Assembly: GCA_964540825.1 (NCBI GenBank)
Contig: CAZINT010000004.1
Location: forward strand, 24,835-88,834
From: an uncultured Gammaproteobacteria bacterium
Lineage (GTDB): Bacteria; Patescibacteriota; Patescibacteriia; Magasanikbacterales; GWA2-37-8
Reading direction: 5' to 3'
Length of the DNA stretch: 64,000 nt
How positions within the stretch are numbered: position 1 is the first letter of the stretch; each line of letters starts with the position of its first letter. The position numbers were made by a program, and so were the translations under genes. Shown piece after piece: positions 16,814 through 26,730 of the stretch. The notes beneath the pieces were generated by a model that was not told the DNA's origin, ran no database searches, and saw only the letters and a program-made list of their open reading frames with translations.

Positions 16814-19219
16814 ATGGAAAAAAACGAACTAAAAGGCAAGACAATTTTAGTAGTCCATGCTGGCAGCATTAAAAAACGTTTTGTTTTTCAGCGCCTCAAG
16901 AAGCTCGGCATGACTGTGGTTTGTCTTAATAAAGACAAAAACCCGCTTATGCTGCCGTACGTCGATCATTGGATTTTGGCCGATCTTAACAATTACAAAG
17001 AATGCATTCAAAGCGTTAAATCGTTCCTTGCTTCACACCCTAAAACAGGCATTGACGGCGTGTTTACGTTTTGGGAAGAAAGCGTCCTTTTAACCGCAAA
17101 AATTGTCGATGCTTTTGGTTTTATCGGAACCTCCTTTAGAGTCGCCAATACTGCACGCAACAAATACTTATTCCGTGAATTTTGCCAACAAAACGGGCTC
17201 CCCGCCCCACGACACCAAATTATTCGTACTCGTGAGGATACTAAAAAACTACACAAAGAACTTCGTTTTCCGCTCGTTATCAAGCCGCAATATGGCTCCA
17301 GCAGCGCTTTCGTGGTACGCGTCGAGAATAGTAAAGAGCTGGAGGAAGCCTACGACTTCGTTAAAAATAATATAAAATCGCACGAATATGCGCCCGATTG
17401 GGATACCCTTGAAGTATTCGTCGAAGAATATATTGATGGCGACGAGGTCGATGTTGATATTCTCCTTCAAAACGGTAAAATCAAATTTTATTGTATTTCA
17501 GATAATTATAATAAAACGCGTGATCGCTTTTTCGTTGATAACGGGCAAGCGATCCCTTCAAGCCTGCCTGAGAAAGAACAGAATGACCTGATTGCCATGG
17601 CCGAAGAAATTTTGGAAAAACTCAATATTCAAGACGGCTGCATTCACTTTGAAGCCAAATCAACGAAAAAAGGACCTGTGCCGCTTGAAATTAATATGCG
17701 CCTCGGCGGCGACTATATCCCGTCATACATTAAAGGCGCGTGGGGAATTGATTTGGTTGATTATATTGCTAAAATCGCTCTTGGCATTCATTTTAAAATC
17801 GAGAAACCCGCAACACCGCTTAAGTATATTATTGGGTGGGACATTTACCCCGAGCACTCCGGTATTTTGGTAGAGCTTAATATCGATGAACAGCTCCGCA
17901 AAAAAACATATATCGAAGACATGTATCTGGCCAAAGAAACGGGTGACGCAGTACTTTTGCCGCCTGAAGGCAACGATGGCCTGGGGTGGTTAACGGTATC
18001 GGGCGATAACCTGCTCGACGCTCAGGATAACTTAAAAGAAGCCCGAAAATATATTACTTATAAGGTGGTTGGTTTTGACACCGAATCAACGCTCGGTAAA
18101 ACTGCTCGGCAGAACAGACTGTCTGCTGCGGTTATGAATAAGCAGCTCCTCCTCAAGGCGTCAAAAATCGAAAAAGTGCGCCACTCATCACTGGAAAATC
18201 AACGTAATTTGCGTATCGGCATTATCGGCAACTTGCCCGAACTAGGCAGCAAACAAAGAGCGATCCCTACCGCCAGTATTGATATCGCCAAAGAACTTAA
18301 CCACATCGGCTACGCCACGACTGTTTTTGACTTCAACAATCTTAACCGCGCTATTAGTGAATTAAAACGCACTTCGGTCGACCTCATTATCAATGCTTCC
18401 GAAGGTATTAATAACGACCCTAAACTCAGGCCGCAGGCAGCCGCTATTCTTGAGGCCATGCAATTGCCTTTTACCGGATCGAGCTCGTTTAACACCTCTC
18501 TTTCGCGCGATAAAATTCGCACCAAAAAACTATTGACCTATCACAATATCCCCACACCGGCCTGGGATTATGCTTACACGCTGGAAGACACGATTGACGA
18601 AAACCTCCGCTATCCATTAATCGTCAAACCCGGCACAACAGATAACTCAAGCGGCATTACCAATAATTCGGTTGTTAAAAACAAACAAGAGCTTGAACGT
18701 GAACTCAGACGAATTATTGTTGAAATGGGTCAGCCGGCCTTGGTTGAAGAATATATTGAAGGAGACGAGTATTATGTTTCGATCCTCGGCAGCAGCAAAG
18801 AAGACTTTAAGGTACTGCCGCTTTCCCGCTCTATCTTTAAAAAGTTACCGTCAAAATACTGGCACATCTACTCAGAAGAAGCCAAGGAACAAACCAATCC
18901 TGTTTACAAAAAAATTATCGTTGAGCGCCCAGTAAAAAATATCAGCGCCAAGCTTGAGTCGCTCTTGACCGAGATCGCTCTTGATACCTACCAAATTTTA
19001 CACTGTCGTGATTATGGCAGCGTTGAAATTCGCGTCGATAAAGATGATAATCCGTACGTGCTTGAACTTAATCCGAACCCGACCCTCCATACACAATCGG
19101 CGATTGTAAAATCGGCCAAGTTAGTCAACCTTAATTACAGTCAGTTACTGGAAGAAATTATCAGACTTTCAATCAAACGATTCAAGAAAAAAACTATGTA
19201 TCCTACATTTCTTGAGTAA
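16814..19219 (+). CDS. Double ATP-grasp protein: N-terminal L-amino-acid-ligase/carnosine-synthase-like plus C-terminal D-Ala-D-Ala-ligase-like domain
   Basis: First domain RNKYLFR, FPLVIKP, EEYIDGDE, HFEAK, EINMRLGG; second domain LPFTGSS, DKIRTKK, YPLIVKP, SSGIT, EEYIEGDE, CRDYG, LELNPNP. Confidence 0.88.
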   Translation: MEKNELKGKTILVVHAGSIKKRFVFQRLKKLGMTVVCLNKDKNPLMLPYVDHWILADLNNYKECIQSVKSFLASHPKTGIDGVFTFWEESVLLTAKIVDAFGFIGTSFRVANTARNKYLFREFCQQNGLPAPRHQIIRTREDTKKLHKELRFPLVIKPQYGSSSAFVVRVENSKELEEAYDFVKNNIKSHEYAPDWDTLEVFVEEYIDGDEVDVDILLQNGKIKFYCISDNYNKTRDRFFVDNGQAIPSSLPEKEQNDLIAMAEEILEKLNIQDGCIHFEAKSTKKGPVPLEINMRLGGDYIPSYIKGAWGIDLVDYIAKIALGIHFKIEKPATPLKYIIGWDIYPEHSGILVELNIDEQLRKKTYIEDMYLAKETGDAVLLPPEGNDGLGWLTVSGDNLLDAQDNLKEARKYITYKVVGFDTESTLGKTARQNRLSAAVMNKQLLLKASKIEKVRHSSLENQRNLRIGIIGNLPELGSKQRAIPTASIDIAKELNHIGYATTVFDFNNLNRAISELKRTSVDLIINASEGINNDPKLRPQAAAILEAMQLPFTGSSSFNTSLSRDKIRTKKLLTYHNIPTPAWDYAYTLEDTIDENLRYPLIVKPGTTDNSSGITNNSVVKNKQELERELRRIIVEMGQPALVEEYIEGDEYYVSILGSSKEDFKVLPLSRSIFKKLPSKYWHIYSEEAKEQTNPVYKKIIVERPVKNISAKLESLLTEIALDTYQILHCRDYGSVEIRVDKDDNPYVLELNPNPTLHTQSAIVKSAKLVNLNYSQLLEEIIRLSIKRFKKKTMYPTFLE

Positions 19220-19228
19220 GGATATTCT

Positions 19229-20143
19229 ATGGAAATGCGCCCGCCAACAATTGACCTTATCTCCGACAAGTCTATTGCCGAAAAGCTCTGGAAACAGTTT
19301 AGCCCGGGAGAAACTATTTATGACGACTGGGATTTTCGAGAAACGTTTCACCGCTATTATCATAACGAATTATTTTTTTATACTGCGAATGTTGATGAAA
19401 AAATAGTCGCGCTCCTGCCGCTCCAGATGGGTGAAAATGGTACTACGCTCGAATTTTTTGGAGGCGACTACATGGAAGATAACCGCGTTTTTACCCTCCC
19501 CGGGTATGAATACTGCATTCCCCAGCTCTACAAACACCTCGACAAACCAAATGATTTAGAATTCATTCGCGGCACCGACCCGTACACGCAAACTTTTCCG
19601 ATCGTGGATTACAAATACGTACTCCCCCTCGATACGTTTAAGAGTAGCGACGACTATATCGAAGCCCAGTACCACGGCGAAACCAAAAAGAAATTCAAAA
19701 AACGTTTACGCAAAATAGACGAAACGAACCCGCAAATTTTAGTTAATAACTGGGAGGATTTGGAACTTCTTTTTAAACTCAATATCGACCAATTTAAAGA
19801 CGGGCCCCGGCACTCCATGTTTGCCCGCGAGCATCGCCAAGATATTTTTCGCGACTTGTGCAAACCACACAACACCTTCACCCCTCGCCTCCTTACTTTT
19901 GTAGTTAATGGAGAAAAGCAGGCTGTTTCACTCGCCTTACTTTATAACAAAAATTACGCTTCCATTAACACCGGCATCGTTGCTGAACCGCTGCCAAACC
20001 TCAAAGAATACATCCACATCAAAAAATTTGATGATGCGATTACACAAGGCTGTACGCTTTTTGATGCATTTGTGAGAGACTACGGATGGAAAGAAAAATG
20101 GGGTTTCAAAAAAATTCCTCAATACCAATTCAAAGCTTCCTAA
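19229..20143 (+). CDS. GNAT/FemAB-like fold protein
   Basis: ALLPL, LEFFGGDYMEDN, basic helix KKKFKKRLRK, C-terminal D-x-GWKEKW typical of Acetyltransf_6/Fem-like proteins. Confidence 0.65.
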   Translation: MEMRPPTIDLISDKSIAEKLWKQFSPGETIYDDWDFRETFHRYYHNELFFYTANVDEKIVALLPLQMGENGTTLEFFGGDYMEDNRVFTLPGYEYCIPQLYKHLDKPNDLEFIRGTDPYTQTFPIVDYKYVLPLDTFKSSDDYIEAQYHGETKKKFKKRLRKIDETNPQILVNNWEDLELLFKLNIDQFKDGPRHSMFAREHRQDIFRDLCKPHNTFTPRLLTFVVNGEKQAVSLALLYNKNYASINTGIVAEPLPNLKEYIHIKKFDDAITQGCTLFDAFVRDYGWKEKWGFKKIPQYQFKAS

Positions 20144-20178
20144 ATCACATTTTTAATATACCGCCCGCACGACCGTTT

Positions 20179-21087
20179 ATGTCTTTTACGATACAAAAAA
20201 TTACGGATCTTGAGGAAGCAAAAAAATATTGGAGCCTTTTGACTCCTGGCCAAACAATCTATGATGTTTGGGATTTTCGGTATTGCGCCTATGCATTCAC
20301 CAACCATGAATTGGCATTTTACGTTGGTTTTGAAGCCGAAGAGCCTGTCGGACTCCTCCCCCTCGAATACCATGGCTCTGCCAAATACTTGGAATTCTTT
20401 GGTGGTCGCTTTATGGAAGATAACAAAATCTTTTTAAAAAAAGGATACGAAGACAAAGCCCCTTACTTTTGGCAAGCGATCAATCTCCCCGCTCGACTTT
20501 CGTATATTACCGCAAGCGATTCTTTTGCCAGCACCTTCCCGATCTTAGATTATCGATATTCGCTTCCCTTAGCCGAATTGGGCAGTGTGGAAAATTATAT
20601 TCAAACCCGCTTTCATGGCGAAACTAAAAAAAAGCTTCTTAAACGCATCAGAAAGTTTGAATTTGAAAATGAAATTACGATACTCGAAAATCAATGGGAT
20701 GACTTAGATCTATTATTTTATTTTAACAAAGAAAAATTTAAAGCAGATTCTATTTTTCATTTTCCCTTCCGCGAAGCGCTTTTTAAAGAACTCGCGCATT
20801 CTCCATTTAGCCCTAAACTGCTTACCTTCATAATAAACGGTAAGAAACAAGCGGTCACTATGTCACTTGCCCACAAAAAAACCTATGTGTCCCTCAATTC
20901 AGGTGTGAGCGCTGAAGCGTCCAAAGATTTAAGCAGTTTTATGAGACTTAAAAAAATAGAGCACGCTTTCAAACACGGAATGACCTTGTACGATGCCTTG
21001 GCCAACGACTGTGGATGGAAGGACGCTTGGCACTTTGATAAATCTCCGCAATACGAGTGGAGGCGTGACTTGCCGCCAGAAAATTAA
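20179..21087 (+). CDS. GNAT/FemAB-like fold protein, paralog of upstream gene (start corrected)
   Basis: Shares PG-x-TIYD-x-WDFR, LLPL, LEFFGG-x-x-MEDN, HGETKKK, GWK-x-x-W-x-F-x-K-x-PQY with 19229..20143. Confidence 0.65.
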   Translation: MSFTIQKITDLEEAKKYWSLLTPGQTIYDVWDFRYCAYAFTNHELAFYVGFEAEEPVGLLPLEYHGSAKYLEFFGGRFMEDNKIFLKKGYEDKAPYFWQAINLPARLSYITASDSFASTFPILDYRYSLPLAELGSVENYIQTRFHGETKKKLLKRIRKFEFENEITILENQWDDLDLLFYFNKEKFKADSIFHFPFREALFKELAHSPFSPKLLTFIINGKKQAVTMSLAHKKTYVSLNSGVSAEASKDLSSFMRLKKIEHAFKHGMTLYDALANDCGWKDAWHFDKSPQYEWRRDLPPEN

Positions 21088-22983
21088 TTACCCTTTAAGT
21101 TTCGTTAAGAAGGCCGCAACTGCAGGGTCTTCTTTTTTTGCACGCACGGTATCAATATAACTTTTAAGTTTTTCCGGTGTTCCTTCGGTGTAGAACGAAA
21201 CAACTTCGTCCGATAATTCAGCCAGCGCCCTAACACCGGCTTCAGCATCGCTTACCCGGTATTTATCACCTTCCAAAACCAATACTCCTTTTTCAATAAG
21301 GCGCGAAATCATTGCGAGACCGGCGGCGAAGTAAAACTCACCTGAAACACCCACTTGGCTCGGTTTATTTTTCAGGTAGTCACAAATATCCCCAAGTTTC
21401 GCCATAAACTGATTGCGGATATTGATATTGTGCGGATTGCCTTCAGCCATTGTTAGTGTTAGCAGTTTCATGTTGCCCGTATCAGCCTTCATTTCTTCAA
21501 TCGCTCTCGTGTGTGAACCGCTTCCCAGACGACCCTTAACTTTGGTGTCATAACGTGCCTTTGGGGTAAACTGGTGGCCTAGTTCATGCAAGGCATTGTC
21601 CAAAATTGAAGCCCGGTCAAATTCAGCTTCAGTAATTTCATCATGAAGAACACTCCGAAGCGCAGGGAGCGCCATAGTCGTCGTGACATCAAGCACGGCA
21701 TTGTTATGGGCCAAAATTCTTTCCCGCCCATCTTCGCCGCGCGTCATCCACGACAAATTCGGTGCATAGGCGACCGTTTGATAATTGGTAATCAATTTTG
21801 GAACGTGAGTTTCCTTATCAAAGAAGGCTTGATTTGATTGTAGTTTTTTATCAGCGAGGGCGCGGAAATAATCAATTATTGGTTCAATCTCTCTATTTTC
21901 TTTAGAAATAAAGCCCAAGCGTAGTTCCACGTCTACTTTTTCGGCATCACCCGCTACCCCGGGGTTGTCTTGTGGCACTATCATAAGCGGGCAGCCTGCT
22001 TCAGCAAGCGCGACCATCATTTTTTGTAGATTAATCCATTCCACACTCAAAGGTTTAGGGTCAGTCTTGCGCGAACCAAACTGTTCCCCTACCGCACGTA
22101 GATACGCGGCAAATTTGTCATATACTGCACCAAGTTTACCAGCCTTAACTTCAGCTTCAACACGATTTGCGAGCGTCTGCATTTTCTTTTCCAGCGCACC
22201 AAATTCATAAGGAAATACTTCGATATAGGGCAGGTGCGTAACTTCATCACTCTTCGGATCACGCTGAACATCATAGATATACTTAGCGCCATCTTGGGTG
22301 CCAAGCGTTGATTCGGCCGAGCCTCCCGGCGCATCGGCCATTTCGGTTTGTTTTATAAAAGCATGATCAACAAATTTACCGAGCTCGGCCGCCATATCAA
22401 CCAAGAGGTCGATCTCATTCACACTGTCAAAACCCCATTTCTTAATTATTTCTGAAGCATTAGCATCTTTTTTAAGACTGCGGAGCCAGTTTCTTTGAAC
22501 CGTTACTTCGGCCATTTGACGCTCGGCAGACATGAGCAATAACTCGCGCCATTCTTCTGGAAGGAACGTACGCATTGGTTCAAGCGCACCGAATTGACGA
22601 ATACGAAATTTTTCTCCGAGCACCGCTTCATTCTCGAGAATCACAACGAGCTTGGCTGCTTCCGGATCTTCATTTTCTCGCAAAATCTTAGCCCATGCCG
22701 CCGCCTTTTCAGCCAGCAGGGGCTGAACTTTTTTATTCCAATTTTCAGTAACGAGCCCTCGAGCCAAAGTAAAAAAATCTTCTAATCTTTCAATAGTAGG
22801 CGGCATCTCTTTCCAATCAGCCCCTTCTTTTCCGCCTTCTACAAGCAAACGCCGGACTTCTAAACCGGCATCAATATACTTTTGTACATCCGGGCTAACT
22901 GCTTTGTTTTTATGCAGCGGATCAAGCCGGCTCGCGCTGTCAATTTTCATTCCTTCTCCAAAACGAGGTTTTGCTTCTGACAT
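21088..22983 (-). CDS. Zinc peptidase, M49 (dipeptidyl peptidase III)-like
   Basis: HELGH followed about 25 aa later by IEEMKAD, matching the HExxH + EExKAD arrangement of bacterial/plant DPP III. Confidence 0.7.
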   Translation of the reverse strand: MSEAKPRFGEGMKIDSASRLDPLHKNKAVSPDVQKYIDAGLEVRRLLVEGGKEGADWKEMPPTIERLEDFFTLARGLVTENWNKKVQPLLAEKAAAWAKILRENEDPEAAKLVVILENEAVLGEKFRIRQFGALEPMRTFLPEEWRELLLMSAERQMAEVTVQRNWLRSLKKDANASEIIKKWGFDSVNEIDLLVDMAAELGKFVDHAFIKQTEMADAPGGSAESTLGTQDGAKYIYDVQRDPKSDEVTHLPYIEVFPYEFGALEKKMQTLANRVEAEVKAGKLGAVYDKFAAYLRAVGEQFGSRKTDPKPLSVEWINLQKMMVALAEAGCPLMIVPQDNPGVAGDAEKVDVELRLGFISKENREIEPIIDYFRALADKKLQSNQAFFDKETHVPKLITNYQTVAYAPNLSWMTRGEDGRERILAHNNAVLDVTTTMALPALRSVLHDEITEAEFDRASILDNALHELGHQFTPKARYDTKVKGRLGSGSHTRAIEEMKADTGNMKLLTLTMAEGNPHNINIRNQFMAKLGDICDYLKNKPSQVGVSGEFYFAAGLAMISRLIEKGVLVLEGDKYRVSDAEAGVRALAELSDEVVSFYTEGTPEKLKSYIDTVRAKKEDPAVAAFLTKLKG

Positions 22984-23009
22984 ACAGGTAACCCTAGAAG
23001 TAAATAACT

Positions 23010-25985
23010 TTAAATCTTTTTGAGTGCCAAAAATAAATCCGGTACAGTTGATTTCTCATCTGCGCTCCCCGCTTCTAAAGTATCCGCAAGGACAGCGTCT
23101 TTAATCTGTTCACCGCAATCAACTACCACCTTGGCAAGCTCGTCGTTTGACGTAGTGTACCTGACCGCGATCCTATCTTCAATAGTAAATCCTTTTTCTT
23201 TACGTAGCTGATTGATCGCGCGGATAATATCGCGGGCTACACCTTCTTTTTTGAGCGCCTCGTCGATCGCTGTGTCGAGCCAGACTTTTACATCACCGTC
23301 TTCACGCAGCTTCCAGTTGTCACCGGTTACAACTTCACAGACATCGATTGTTTTAACATTCAATTCTTCGGCGATCATGATGTGTAACTCTTTGCTTAAG
23401 TGCTCGTTATTAATCGCGAGCGTATTCAGCGGTTGGCGAACTTTGAGTCCGGTCTCAGCGCGGAGCGCCAGCCCCAGTTCGACAATCTTACGTGCCACCA
23501 ACATTTCCTGAAGCACACCCTGATCATGATGTTCGTCGTGGAGTGCCGGCCAGTGTTCCAGGTGCACACTTTCTTTGGCCCAACCCTTGCCGCCGACTTC
23601 GTCAAAGCGCAATTCCTGATAGATCTTTTCAGCTATGAATGGCGTAAAGGGCGCAATTAATTTGGAGACCACAATTAATACTTCGCGCAAGGTATAGAGC
23701 GCATGATGTTTATCGAGTTCATCAGTGCCTTTGACGCGTTCGCGCGAACGGCGAACGTACCATTGTGAAAGTTCCGTAACGAAAGCAAGAAGCGGCCGGG
23801 CTGCTTCGGCCAAGCGGTAGGCTTCCATATTTTCGGTTACTTCACGAACAGTTTCGTGGAGCATGGCCATAATCCAACGGTCGAGTACATGCGCGGATTT
23901 ATACGGTTTTTGCGTTGGCAGGTCTTTGGCAAACAATTGGTAAAATTCAAAAACATTCCAAAGTGTATTTACCAGTTTGCCATACAATTCTTTAACCCCT
24001 TCTTCAGAAAAATTAAGGCTTTCCGCCGAAACAACCGGCGAACTGACTAAATAAAAGCGCATCGCATCCGCCCCGTATTTTTCGAGGACCATATTTGGGT
24101 CCGGGTAATTTTGGAGTTTCTTACTCATCTTTTTTCCGTCTTCGGCGAGCACGATACCGTTCACGATAACATTTTTATACGCCGGCTTCTCGAAAAGTGC
24201 GGTTGCGAGTACATGTAAGTAATAAAACCACGCCCGAGTTTGATCCTGGCCTTCGGCGATAAACTGAGCCGGGAAATTACTTTCAAACACTGCTTTATTT
24301 TCAAACGGATAATGCGCTTGGGCGTACGGCATACTCCCTGAATCAAACCAGGTGTCGAGCACATCGGGAATACGTTTCATCGTGCCACCACATTTTTCAC
24401 ACGGGAATGTAATAAGGTCAATAATATGTTTATGAAGGTCATCGACTTTCTGACCGCTTACTTTTTCTAATTCTGCAGCTGAACCAAACACAACCACATT
24501 GTCACATTTTTTTTCCTTCTGGTCACACATCCAAATCGGCATCACGCTCGCCCAAAAACGCTGACGGCTCACTGACCAATCGCGAGCGCCTTCGAGCCAC
24601 TTACCAAAACGTCCTTCTTTAATATGTTCAGGTGACCAGTTAATTTCTTTGGCCAGTTCAAGCGCCTTTTCTTTGACAGCAATGACTTTTACAAACCAGG
24701 ATGAAGTCGCATAGTTAATCAGCGGCGTATCGCATCTCCAGCAGTGCGGATAGCTGTGTACAATATTTTTTTTCGCCAAAAACGAACCCTTTTCTTGAAG
24801 ATATTTGGTAATGGCAATGTCCGAAGCAAGCCGGACTTTGTCGTCGTCGCTGCGCGGTTTCACTTCTTGTCCTGCAAAATCAGTGACTTCTGGTTTGAAA
24901 CGACCATCCATACCAACGTGTTGCACGAGCGGCAAACCTTCACGTTTCCCAACTTTAAAGTCATCGTCACCAAAGGCTGGAGCAATATGTACCACACCGC
25001 TACCGTCCTCGGCGGTAACAAAATCGGCCGTGACGACACGGAAAGCATTCGGAGTATCTTTGTAATACGGGAACAAGGGAGCATACGAAGCACCTGCCAG
25101 GAGCGCGCCCGTGACTTCAGCCAGAACAGAATATTTTTTACCTTCGAGCACCTCGGTGATACGATCTTTACCAATAATATACACACCGTTTTCATTCTCA
25201 ATCATACAAACCGCGTAGACCATTTCCGGGTTCACAGCAAGCAAAACATTGCCCGGAAGTGTCCATGGCGTTGTAGTCCAGGCAACCAGATAGACTTTCT
25301 GTTCACTAATAAACTTGCGATCCAGTTCGTTTGGAACATGTTGAAAAAGCTCGGGCGAATAGCTCGTAAGTTCAAATTTTACATAGAGCGAAATATCCTT
25401 CACATCCTTATACCCTTCGCTAACTTCTTGCTGCGACAACGTCGTTTCACAGCGCGGGCAGATATACATGGAACGATAATCTTCGTACACCAGCCCCCTG
25501 TCCCAGAGCTGCTTGAACACCCACCAGACCGACTCCATATAGTCCTTATCCATTGTGCGATAGGCATGATCAAAATCTACCCACCGACCGAGGCGGGTAA
25601 TCGTTTTTTTCCAGTCTTCCACATACCCCAGCACTTTGCTGCGGCAGAGTTCGTTAAATTTGGCGATGCCGAGTGCTTCAATTTCTTTCTTAGTTTTAGT
25701 TCCAAGTTCTTTTTCGACAATATTTTCAATCGGGAGCCCGTGACAATCCCAGCCCCAGCGGCGTTCCACGCGGTACCCCTTCATAGCCCAAAAACGCGGC
25801 ACCACATCTTTCATGAGCGACGAAACAAAATGACCATAGTGCGGCGTGCCGGTGGCAAACGGCGGACCATCATAAAAAACATACGGCTTGTCAGCCGGTT
25901 TTTCGGAAACGGATTTCTCAAAAATATGGTTTTCGGCCCAGAATTTGAGCACTTCATTTTCTTCGTTATTGGCGTTGTAGAGCAT
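23010..25985 (-). CDS. ileS: Isoleucine-tRNA ligase, type 2 (start corrected to ATG 25985)
   Basis: DGPPFATGTPHYGH, GWDCHGLP, WTTTPWTLP, KMSKK; HYGH signature and no C-terminal Zn finger indicate IleRS2. Confidence 0.97.
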   Translation of the reverse strand: MLYNANNEENEVLKFWAENHIFEKSVSEKPADKPYVFYDGPPFATGTPHYGHFVSSLMKDVVPRFWAMKGYRVERRWGWDCHGLPIENIVEKELGTKTKKEIEALGIAKFNELCRSKVLGYVEDWKKTITRLGRWVDFDHAYRTMDKDYMESVWWVFKQLWDRGLVYEDYRSMYICPRCETTLSQQEVSEGYKDVKDISLYVKFELTSYSPELFQHVPNELDRKFISEQKVYLVAWTTTPWTLPGNVLLAVNPEMVYAVCMIENENGVYIIGKDRITEVLEGKKYSVLAEVTGALLAGASYAPLFPYYKDTPNAFRVVTADFVTAEDGSGVVHIAPAFGDDDFKVGKREGLPLVQHVGMDGRFKPEVTDFAGQEVKPRSDDDKVRLASDIAITKYLQEKGSFLAKKNIVHSYPHCWRCDTPLINYATSSWFVKVIAVKEKALELAKEINWSPEHIKEGRFGKWLEGARDWSVSRQRFWASVMPIWMCDQKEKKCDNVVVFGSAAELEKVSGQKVDDLHKHIIDLITFPCEKCGGTMKRIPDVLDTWFDSGSMPYAQAHYPFENKAVFESNFPAQFIAEGQDQTRAWFYYLHVLATALFEKPAYKNVIVNGIVLAEDGKKMSKKLQNYPDPNMVLEKYGADAMRFYLVSSPVVSAESLNFSEEGVKELYGKLVNTLWNVFEFYQLFAKDLPTQKPYKSAHVLDRWIMAMLHETVREVTENMEAYRLAEAARPLLAFVTELSQWYVRRSRERVKGTDELDKHHALYTLREVLIVVSKLIAPFTPFIAEKIYQELRFDEVGGKGWAKESVHLEHWPALHDEHHDQGVLQEMLVARKIVELGLALRAETGLKVRQPLNTLAINNEHLSKELHIMIAEELNVKTIDVCEVVTGDNWKLREDGDVKVWLDTAIDEALKKEGVARDIIRAINQLRKEKGFTIEDRIAVRYTTSNDELAKVVVDCGEQIKDAVLADTLEAGSADEKSTVPDLFLALKKI

Positions 25986-25994
25986 ATAAAAATA

Positions 25995-26182
25995 AAAAAC
26001 ACGCACAAATTTGGCGTGTCGAGAGCCCCTTAGGGCGGTACCATCTCGGCATTATTACTTAATTTGCAGCTGTAACGGGCTTGCCCGGAATAGTCTACTT
26101 TTGGCTTCATAGAGCCAATTTCTTTACTCAGCAGCCCACCAAAAGTAGTGAGTTCCGGGTGATAGCCCGGAAATCTGCCTCT
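25995..26182 (-). ncRNA. Ile T-box riboswitch with ultrashort Stem I
   Basis: Minus strand: UUCCGGG-CUAUCA-CCCGGAA (AUC specifier), Stem II S-turn AAGAA/AGUAGA, CGGG-CAAG-CCCGUUA, antiterminator GAGA-UGGUACC-GCCC-UAAG-GGGC-UCUC, terminator GACACGC...GCGUGUU plus U run. Confidence 0.92.
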
Positions 26183-26188
26183 AGGCTT

Positions 26189-26217
26189 AGTATAGATAAA
26201 AAAACATCAAACGTCAA
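26189..26217 (-). promoter_or_regulatory. Sigma70 promoter of ileS leader
   Basis: TTGACG-17 nt-TATACT on minus strand. Confidence 0.8.
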
Positions 26218-26285
26218 TAATTAATTTAGTTGCTATGCCGCGACTAAATTGATATACTAAATTTTATATTCTAAGGGAAAACTGT

Positions 26286-26729
26286 ATGATTTACATTGGC
26301 GCAGATCACCGCGGCCACGCCCTCAAAAAATACCTTATTCGCTACCTCGAAAAACAGCTTAAACGCGAAGTAATTGATTTTGGTGCGCTCAGTTACGATG
26401 AAAATGATGATTTCGTTGATTTTGCTGTTCCGGTTGCCAAAAAAGTTGCTGCCGAACCAGGTAGCCTTGGCATACTCCTCTGTGGTAATGGCCAGGGTAT
26501 GTGTATCGCTGCCAACAAAGTACCGGGCGTCAGGGCCATGCTTGGTCATAGCATCGAAAGCGCCGAATTTACACGTCGCGAAGACGATGCCAATATTATT
26601 TGTCTGCCGGCCCGTACCATGAGCGACGAACACGCTACCGCAATTGTCAAAACTTTTTTAGAAACTGAATTTAGCGGTGAAGAAAAAAGAGTTCGCCGTC
26701 TTAACAAAATTGCAGCACTGGAAAAATAA
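26286..26729 (+). CDS. rpiB: Ribose-5-phosphate isomerase B
   Basis: IGADHRG, GILLCGNGQG, AANKVPGVRA, ANIICL, RRLNKI. Confidence 0.93.
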   Translation: MIYIGADHRGHALKKYLIRYLEKQLKREVIDFGALSYDENDDFVDFAVPVAKKVAAEPGSLGILLCGNGQGMCIAANKVPGVRAMLGHSIESAEFTRREDDANIICLPARTMSDEHATAIVKTFLETEFSGEEKRVRRLNKIAALEK

Positions 26730-26730
26730 T

